Source: a virus
Taxonomy: Duplodnaviria > Caudoviricetes
Strand: one strand, 5' to 3'
DNA: 30,506 nucleotides
Virus record (IMG/VR): IMGVR_UViG_3300020045_000159
Location: 1-30,506 of that record
Shown piece after piece: positions 24,888-30,506 of the stretch. The notes beneath the pieces were generated by a model. The model saw nothing but the letters and a program-made list of their open reading frames with translations. It was not told where the DNA came from and did no database searches. Within the stretch, counting starts at the first letter, position 1. Each line of letters opens with the position of its first letter. The position numbers and the translations under genes are program-made.

Positions 24888-26621
24888 TTACATATCGTGA
24901 GGAGCAATATAAGCCCTCTTATCTACTGTTGGTAATATTTCGCCAGCCTTTCTTGCTTGTGCTGGAGTTATTTCTTTAGAGGTTTTTGGATTAGTGAATC
25001 TCTTATAAGTTTCTCTTGTCCAAAAATGTTTACAAGTTCCAAAATTATAAGCATCACTAAGCTTTCCGCCACCTTTCCAAAGGAAAATATCATAAGGCTC
25101 GTTCGGATTAGGATGCATACCAAAGCCAGGATTTACATTCTTTTTGCTCATACGATCTATATCCTCTTTACGATATAGCTTATTCATTCGCATCATTTTC
25201 TTGCAAAATTCTCTTTCGGGATTTGGATTGCCACTATATCTATATCTTGACATAAAAAGCTTGCCATCTTGAGAAGATTTTAAGTCGGGTCTTGCAACTC
25301 CAGTAGATGGAGCTAAAAACTCCCACACCTTTGAGAATAAAGATTTTTCGGGATTGTTAAGCAATTCCAATTCTGCATCTAATCTTTCCTCATCCTCCAA
25401 ACTTTCAACTACACGAGAATCAATTAACTCCCATTCCTCCAAGTTTATTTCTTCTCCAAATTCATCCAAGTAATCTTCTTGTGAAGATAATTTAACTCCC
25501 GTTTCCTCCTCCATTGATGCCTTATCAACAACAGGCGATAAGTCAGTAAACTCCAATGGCTGAAGCGTTTTGAAATAAAGATTTAAGCTAATCTTATTGA
25601 ATGCTAAAATCTCATCGAACATATCGCAAAGATTCTCTTGAAATGGTCTGATAATCATATTGTCAAATAAGACAAACGCATTCTTCAATTCATCCGCATT
25701 AGAACTAAATCCATTGGCTGATGGGATACCAAATAATAAACCCGAAGTTACACCATGCCCAAGTAAAATCTTGCCCCTTGCTTCTTCGCTTAAATATTGG
25801 TAATGTTCGGGAGCATTATTTAAAGGAACAGAATCAATAGTTGTTTTCTTGGTTTCATCGTTATTGAATGCCACGATAGTTTTAACACCATGTGAACCCG
25901 AAGTTTTACGCTTGACATCGTTAGAGATTAACTCTTGCTTTTCTTCATCAGGGATACCATTATTAAAGTTAATAATAGTAGTGGGGGCAAAGCCGTTTTG
26001 AACATCATTAATTAAATAATCCGCAATATCTTCTTCTAATTGAGCATAAGGTAAAGCACCCATATAATCAATATTCGAGTAATACTTTTGCCCGATTGTG
26101 TAATTACCAACCATCGCCAATTCCAAGGTCTTATCTCCAAACCCGAAAGCTGGAATGCGTTTAGGGGGAAATTTCTTCGTATCCTGCCAATTATCGCTAT
26201 AATAGTACCCTGTAATCTCGCCTTTATCGTTGCACTTCTCTACACGAATATTCATCGTAGGGATATGCTCAACTCTTACAATCGCATTCTTTGCTTTGTT
26301 ATAAATCAACTGCAAATACCCTTGTCCTAATCGCTTGTAATCAACTACTAATTTCTTAACTACCTCTTTACGAAATAGCATTTTCATTTGAGCATATTCA
26401 TTCGGTTTGCGATTAGAATCTGTTGCATCTAATCCTTTGCCGTAAATAAGTTTACAAATTGAATTGATAACTGAATTGTTTGTTGTTGATCCATTATAAC
26501 GGTCATTTAAACAACCATAATAATCGTTCTTATCTCCAAACTCTACCCAATTATTCTTGTTGCTTTCGATTGATTTAGGAGCTTTGTAAGCCTCCAATTC
26601 CACGAAGTGAATATTACTCAT
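24888..26621 (-). CDS. Portal protein with C-terminal extension, 577 aa
   Basis: W..FG..N.Y start, S.TNN..IN, NGFAPT.II, I..GH.VTS.LLFGI, IIRPFQ portal-like pattern in the first ~370 aa. Confidence 0.75.
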   Translation of the reverse strand: MSNIHFVELEAYKAPKSIESNKNNWVEFGDKNDYYGCLNDRYNGSTTNNSVINSICKLIYGKGLDATDSNRKPNEYAQMKMLFRKEVVKKLVVDYKRLGQGYLQLIYNKAKNAIVRVEHIPTMNIRVEKCNDKGEITGYYYSDNWQDTKKFPPKRIPAFGFGDKTLELAMVGNYTIGQKYYSNIDYMGALPYAQLEEDIADYLINDVQNGFAPTTIINFNNGIPDEEKQELISNDVKRKTSGSHGVKTIVAFNNDETKKTTIDSVPLNNAPEHYQYLSEEARGKILLGHGVTSGLLFGIPSANGFSSNADELKNAFVLFDNMIIRPFQENLCDMFDEILAFNKISLNLYFKTLQPLEFTDLSPVVDKASMEEETGVKLSSQEDYLDEFGEEINLEEWELIDSRVVESLEDEERLDAELELLNNPEKSLFSKVWEFLAPSTGVARPDLKSSQDGKLFMSRYRYSGNPNPEREFCKKMMRMNKLYRKEDIDRMSKKNVNPGFGMHPNPNEPYDIFLWKGGGKLSDAYNFGTCKHFWTRETYKRFTNPKTSKEITPAQARKAGEILPTVDKRAYIAPHDM

Positions 26622-26940
26622 AGAAAATTATATTTTGATTGTGTGCAACATATTCATCCTTATTAACCGAATATGTATCAATATCTTGGTTAGTACAAAA
26701 TACCTTATCAAGATACACTAAATCCGTATTATTCTTGATAGTCATGGTGTAAAAATGTCCTTGTTCTAAAGCGACAATCTTACTAAATTTCAAATAGAAG
26801 CTTTCAGCAGTACAAGTAATTGCATATTCAACTTCCACATTCGTAGATTCGTTTCGCAAAAATAACTTGTTAGCAGTTGCAAGTCGTGTAGGTATAAACT
26901 TGACCTCTTGTGCTATCGCTGATTCTTGTAATATTATCAT
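26614..26940 (-). CDS. Hypothetical virion protein, 108 aa
   Basis: ORF track; first gene after late promoter 2. Confidence 0.65.
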   Translation of the reverse strand: MIILQESAIAQEVKFIPTRLATANKLFLRNESTNVEVEYAITCTAESFYLKFSKIVALEQGHFYTMTIKNNTDLVYLDKVFCTNQDIDTYSVNKDEYVAHNQNIIFYE

Positions 26941-26971
26941 AATTAATAAACGATATTAGTATAGGTTTGTT
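26941..26971 (-). promoter_or_regulatory. Putative phage late (ECF-type) promoter 2
   Basis: AACAA-N13-TCGTTTAT-N5-ATG, just downstream of a terminator. Confidence 0.65.
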
Positions 26972-26979
26972 TTTAAATG

Positions 26980-27005
26980 AAAAAGGGCAGAACATCTGTC
27001 CGCCC
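26980..27005 (-). terminator. Intrinsic terminator after major tail gene
   Basis: GGGCGGA-CAGATGT-TCTGCCC-TTTTT. Confidence 0.75.
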
Positions 27006-27035
27006 AATTTCAAACCCTAAAAAACAACACTCAAA

Positions 27036-27563
27036 CTAAACTCCGGCAACAACTGTAAAACCAGCCGTAGCCAATGTAGTAGTTAAGAAGTTTGCAGGCA
27101 CAGGCTCTTGTCCTGATAATACCAAAGTATATCCTGACAAATCTCCCATTGCAGCACCAGTAACGATTGTGCCACCGCTTACTTCCATTCCATGTGCTAA
27201 ACCACAATAGAACAAGTTCCCATTGTTGTCTTCAACAATAACTTGTGGTCTGCCATAAGAAAGCAATTTGATTTGCTTATGGTCTTTAATTGTTAATTTC
27301 TTTAAAGTCAAATTAAGTGTTTGCTCAAAGAAAGTAGTACCATTTTCACGAGATGAAGTGATAGTTTGCTCAAAAGATGAAGCTCCTTTCAAATCATACT
27401 TATATGCAGTTGGTGTACCTGCAACCGCTGAAATGGCATCCGTATCCGTAACATCGTATGTTACTGTGGTCGCATCGCCCTCGTTCACAAAGTAAACGGC
27501 TTTTAATCCTCCGTTACTTGTTTTACAAGGCTCTAAGCGACCAAGTGAAATATCACAAGCCAT
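27036..27563 (-). CDS. Major tail (tube) protein, 175 aa
   Basis: MACD...GR.EPC...GGLKAVYF, SRENGTTFFEQTL, GD.SGYTL...G.E; follows capsid gene and ends at terminator. Confidence 0.65.
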   Translation of the reverse strand: MACDISLGRLEPCKTSNGGLKAVYFVNEGDATTVTYDVTDTDAISAVAGTPTAYKYDLKGASSFEQTITSSRENGTTFFEQTLNLTLKKLTIKDHKQIKLLSYGRPQVIVEDNNGNLFYCGLAHGMEVSGGTIVTGAAMGDLSGYTLVLSGQEPVPANFLTTTLATAGFTVVAGV

Positions 27564-27585
27564 ATTTATAAAATTAAAATGATTG

Positions 27586-27615
27586 AAAATAAGCTCCCCG
27601 AATTAACGAGGAGCT
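27586..27615 (-). terminator. Hairpin/leaky terminator after major capsid gene
   Basis: AGCTCCTCG-TTAATT-CGGGGAGCT-TATTTT. Confidence 0.6.
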
Positions 27616-27628
27616 ATTAAAGTGCTAA

Positions 27629-28582
27629 TTAGTTAGCTGCGTTAGTGATACCATAAGTAACAATATCCTCAACAACTCCGTATTGAACACCAGCAGTCAT
27701 ACGCATAACTACGCGAACATTTTGTGAGCCATCCAAGTCAGCTAAGTCAATAACTTTAACTTCTGACAAATCAGTTAATAAGCCAGTACCGAAGAACAAG
27801 TTATCCTTAGTAGCAGCGATTGCAGTATTAGCAGCCAAACCATTTGCTACGAAGATTTTAACACCATCAAAAGAAAGTGAGCCGTTATTGTACCATTGAG
27901 TACCCAAAGAGTTAGTACCATTAGCTCCTAATCCTGATGCTCCAAATCCGCCCAAAGCACGAACATAAGCACGAGCAATGTTTTGTGAAACATAGATGTA
28001 CAAGCCATCGTTTCCGTAAAGTGCAGCAGGGATAGCATCAACGATTTTGCCTAATTCAGAAACAACATTGGATGCAGTAACAGTAGTACCAGTAACTTCT
28101 TGAGCAGCAGGTAAAGCAGCATCAACTGATAACAATGTTGCAAAACCATCAAACTCGCCAGCGTTAGCAGTAACACCTGACCAAATGTTTGTTTCGTTCT
28201 TTGCCGCAACTTTAGCAGCAACATGAGCAACTAAGTAATCTTGGAAAGAAGTTGGCAATGTATCAAATGCTCCGTATCCTTGTTGAGCAGATAAGAAATC
28301 TGAATGGAAATCTTTCTTGCAAAGTTGCAAATTCACTTGGAATTCTTTAGGAATAAGGATTCTCTCTGTTAATGTAACAGTAGAAGTTGCAGTAAAATCG
28401 CAAGAGGCATTCTTCAAGATAGCATCAGTCGATAAACGCTTGATAACCTCTTTGTATTTAATGCTTGGTTTTACCGTAATACCACCAGCTTCGATAGTTG
28501 GTGCAGATAATAATGCAGCAGCGATAATTTGATCCTTAAATTCGCCAGCATAAGTTGTTGTAATGCTTGTAGTAGTAGCCAT
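27629..28582 (-). CDS. Major capsid protein, 317 aa
   Basis: Follows protease and scaffold; size, Ala/Gly/Thr richness, biased codons, downstream hairpin. Confidence 0.8.
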   Translation of the reverse strand: MATTTSITTTYAGEFKDQIIAAALLSAPTIEAGGITVKPSIKYKEVIKRLSTDAILKNASCDFTATSTVTLTERILIPKEFQVNLQLCKKDFHSDFLSAQQGYGAFDTLPTSFQDYLVAHVAAKVAAKNETNIWSGVTANAGEFDGFATLLSVDAALPAAQEVTGTTVTASNVVSELGKIVDAIPAALYGNDGLYIYVSQNIARAYVRALGGFGASGLGANGTNSLGTQWYNNGSLSFDGVKIFVANGLAANTAIAATKDNLFFGTGLLTDLSEVKVIDLADLDGSQNVRVVMRMTAGVQYGVVEDIVTYGITNAAN

Positions 28583-28589
28583 TTATTTG

Positions 28590-29189
28590 TTATTTGTTAA
28601 AAATTTTAGAAAATACTGAATCCTCGATTGAACGAACACGATTCTTTGATAATTTAAATGAAGATGCTTTGCTTTCTGATTCAGGATTAAGCACAATGGG
28701 CTCTGCTCCCTCTTCAACATTTGACAATTCAACTTCTAATGATTGCTTAGACAATTTCAAAGCCTCATTCTCTGCTTTAATTTCAGCAAGTTCTGTACGC
28801 AAAGCTTCTAATTCTGCCTCGAAGAATGTTTCCTTTGAAACGGATTCAACAATTCGCTTTGGAGATGGAGCTGCTGGCTCTGCTTCCATTTGTGGCTCAA
28901 CCACTTCTTCGGGTGCAACTTCTGCTGGTGCTTCTGCTTCGGCTTCTTCTTGCTTAATTTCAGCAATGATACCCTCAACTGCAACAACACAAACGCTACC
29001 ATCTTCTAACTTGTACTCGCCAATAGGCATAGGTACAATTCCATCAGGTGTTACGATTCCAATAGAGTAGTCAGGCTCGAATGCTTCAGCCTCTACAATG
29101 GTAATACCATCTTCAAGCTTCATTTGAGCAAGCTTAACCTCTAAAGCAAGTAATGCCTTGATTTGGTTTAACTTGTTTTTGTAGTTCAT
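28590..29189 (-). CDS. Capsid scaffolding protein, 199 aa
   Basis: Very acidic, coiled-coil segment, immediately upstream of capsid. Confidence 0.7.
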   Translation of the reverse strand: MNYKNKLNQIKALLALEVKLAQMKLEDGITIVEAEAFEPDYSIGIVTPDGIVPMPIGEYKLEDGSVCVVAVEGIIAEIKQEEAEAEAPAEVAPEEVVEPQMEAEPAAPSPKRIVESVSKETFFEAELEALRTELAEIKAENEALKLSKQSLEVELSNVEEGAEPIVLNPESESKASSFKLSKNRVRSIEDSVFSKIFNK

Positions 29190-29208
29190 ACTTATTTATT
29201 TAAATTGA

Positions 29209-29397
29209 TTAATTTACGCTTACAATAGTTCTTGGAGCATTGGTATTAATTATATTAGATGGAGCATTTTGCTCTACTAACGATCCAACTCCTTGATTAA
29301 TAATTTCGCCTTTGCAACAATCAGAACTATAAGTTCCATCTTCGCACAAGCAAGCTCTCTTTCCCCCAGTTGGAGATGTGGTTTTACTTTTCGCCAT
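29209..29397 (-). CDS. Small Cys-rich head-module protein, 62 aa
   Basis: Likely start MAKSK; SP.GGKRACLCEDGTYSSDCC.G...QG.G. Confidence 0.6.
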   Translation of the reverse strand: MAKSKTTSPTGGKRACLCEDGTYSSDCCKGEIINQGVGSLVEQNAPSNIINTNAPRTIVSVN

Positions 29398-29953
29398 CTT
29401 GTAAAATTTGAATAATTTGATTAACAATTTCTTCTTCTTTAGCCATTTCTAATTTGTCGGCAAAATATCCCTCAATAGAAAAACCTTTTACCTTTCCATC
29501 TTTAACATCTTGCCAAACCTTGTCATTATCTGCTTTCATTGAAATCATCCAAGTACCTTGTGGCAATGAAAAGCCGTAAGCATTTGACTTGTCGTTTTCG
29601 GTATCATCAATAATCCAAGATTCCACAACTGTCATGCCATCAATCTTGCTATTGTGTTGTAGTGTAGCGTTTGATTGATTGCCATTCTTTAAGAATAATT
29701 CGGAAGCTTGCTTTACTGTATCCTTTGAAAAGAACACATAAAACTCATCTTTACCATACTTGCGATAAATCTGCTTGTTTGGTATTAATGCCGCACCCAT
29801 TAGTATCCGTTTCTCTGCATCTACTTCGGCAAGCTTAACTTCGTATTCTTTGTTTAAAGCGACAAAGTTGCTCTCTATTGCAGGAAAATCGACAAGGGAT
29901 ACGGCATCAATGCCATCTGTATCTTTATCTATGATTAATTCTACGATTCTCAT
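29384..29953 (-). CDS. XkdF-like prohead serine protease, 189 aa
   Basis: AVSLVDFPAIE, RILMGAALIPNK, TLQH, VESWI, GTWM, VKGFSIEG motifs. Confidence 0.8.
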   Translation of the reverse strand: MRIVELIIDKDTDGIDAVSLVDFPAIESNFVALNKEYEVKLAEVDAEKRILMGAALIPNKQIYRKYGKDEFYVFFSKDTVKQASELFLKNGNQSNATLQHNSKIDGMTVVESWIIDDTENDKSNAYGFSLPQGTWMISMKADNDKVWQDVKDGKVKGFSIEGYFADKLEMAKEEEIVNQIIQILQDGEK

Positions 29954-29983
29954 AATCTATAAACGATTTAAAAATTGATTGTT
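29954..29983 (-). promoter_or_regulatory. Putative phage late (ECF-type) promoter 3
   Basis: AACAA-N12-TCGTTTAT-N5-ATG. Confidence 0.65.
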
Positions 29984-29992
29984 TTATTTTCA

Positions 29993-30506
29993 CTACATCG
30001 AAGCACTATTCACAATGTTTCGATCTAAGCTTTGTGCAGTCGTTACATCCTTTGAAACTACATAGGCTTTAATAGGCTGACTTGATTGATTGCCTATTGA
30101 TTGTGCAACTTGATTAATTCCGCTTGCCCCAACTACATTAAATCTTGGTGCTGGCGGTGCAGTCATTCCGCCACTTGCTCCGCTACCACCTTGAATGCCC
30201 GAAGAATTAATTGCCTCAATACCTTGCTTGGCTGACATAATAGCTGAAGCAATACCAATTGCTCCTGCTGCTAATTCAGCAATACCAGTTGGAGTTAAAT
30301 AGCCAGCCTTAGCCGCATTCTTTTGTGTGTTAATTGCAATAGATGCAACTGCCGAAGCTTGGTCTAATATAATCCCTGCGATAGCTAAGTCCTTATTTTC
30401 GCCTGCTACTTGTTGCAATAGTCTTCCAGCCGACATAACCACGTCAGCATATTTTAGTTGCAAATCTATTCTTGTTTCATAAGCCTTTTGGTCAATCTCC
30501 GCTTGC
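29993..30506 (-). CDS. Tape measure protein, C-terminal part (5'-partial)
   Basis: Ala/Ile/Gly-rich helices, then GG linker, PRFNVVG and PIKAYVVSKDVTTAQ; frame appears to continue to the right edge. Confidence 0.7.
   Translation of the reverse strand, partial: QAEIDQKAYETRIDLQLKYADVVMSAGRLLQQVAGENKDLAIAGIILDQASAVASIAINTQKNAAKAGYLTPTGIAELAAGAIGIASAIMSAKQGIEAINSSGIQGGSGASGGMTAPPAPRFNVVGASGINQVAQSIGNQSSQPIKAYVVSKDVTTAQSLDRNIVNSASM

Noticed and set aside
1749-29978. Plus-strand ORFs and nested minus-strand ORFs in the track (e.g. 3579-3923, 5504-5818, 18301-18621, 28594-29070, 4310-4507, 28808-29002)
   Set aside because: Shadows of better-supported minus-strand genes; no recognisable motifs or coupling

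Overview
Most of a roughly 30+ kb, AT-rich tailed-phage genome, probably a siphovirus of a Bacteroidota/Flavobacteriia host (inferred from a TAnnTTTG promoter box, A-rich start contexts and the gene families). Essentially all real genes are on the minus strand. In transcription order the late/structural block runs: tape-measure C-terminus, XkdF-like prohead protease, scaffold, major capsid, major tail, portal, head-tail adaptor, two tail fibres, lysis genes, metallophosphoesterase. The early block follows: pentapeptide-repeat protein, ERF recombinase, SSB-like protein, replication initiator, RusA, DNA methylase, many small ORFs, ECF-like sigma factor. Then come terS, terL, a frameshifting tail chaperone and further tail genes running off the left edge. 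No integrase, repressor or DNA polymerase was seen. Most notable: (1) the terL Walker A motif (GGR|GSGKS) is split by exactly 5 extra nt containing a TAA stop, directly after a 19-bp GC-rich mRNA hairpin, a candidate translational bypass/recoding site; (2) a ~330-nt structured intergenic region with two related tRNA-like RNAs lacking a canonical anticodon; (3) a kissing-loop leader upstream of the replication gene; (4) three near-leaderless ECF-type late promoters; (5) a late 3' UTR complementary to the first early gene's start region. The first ~126 nt look chimeric. All product calls come from motif recognition by eye; no database searches were run.
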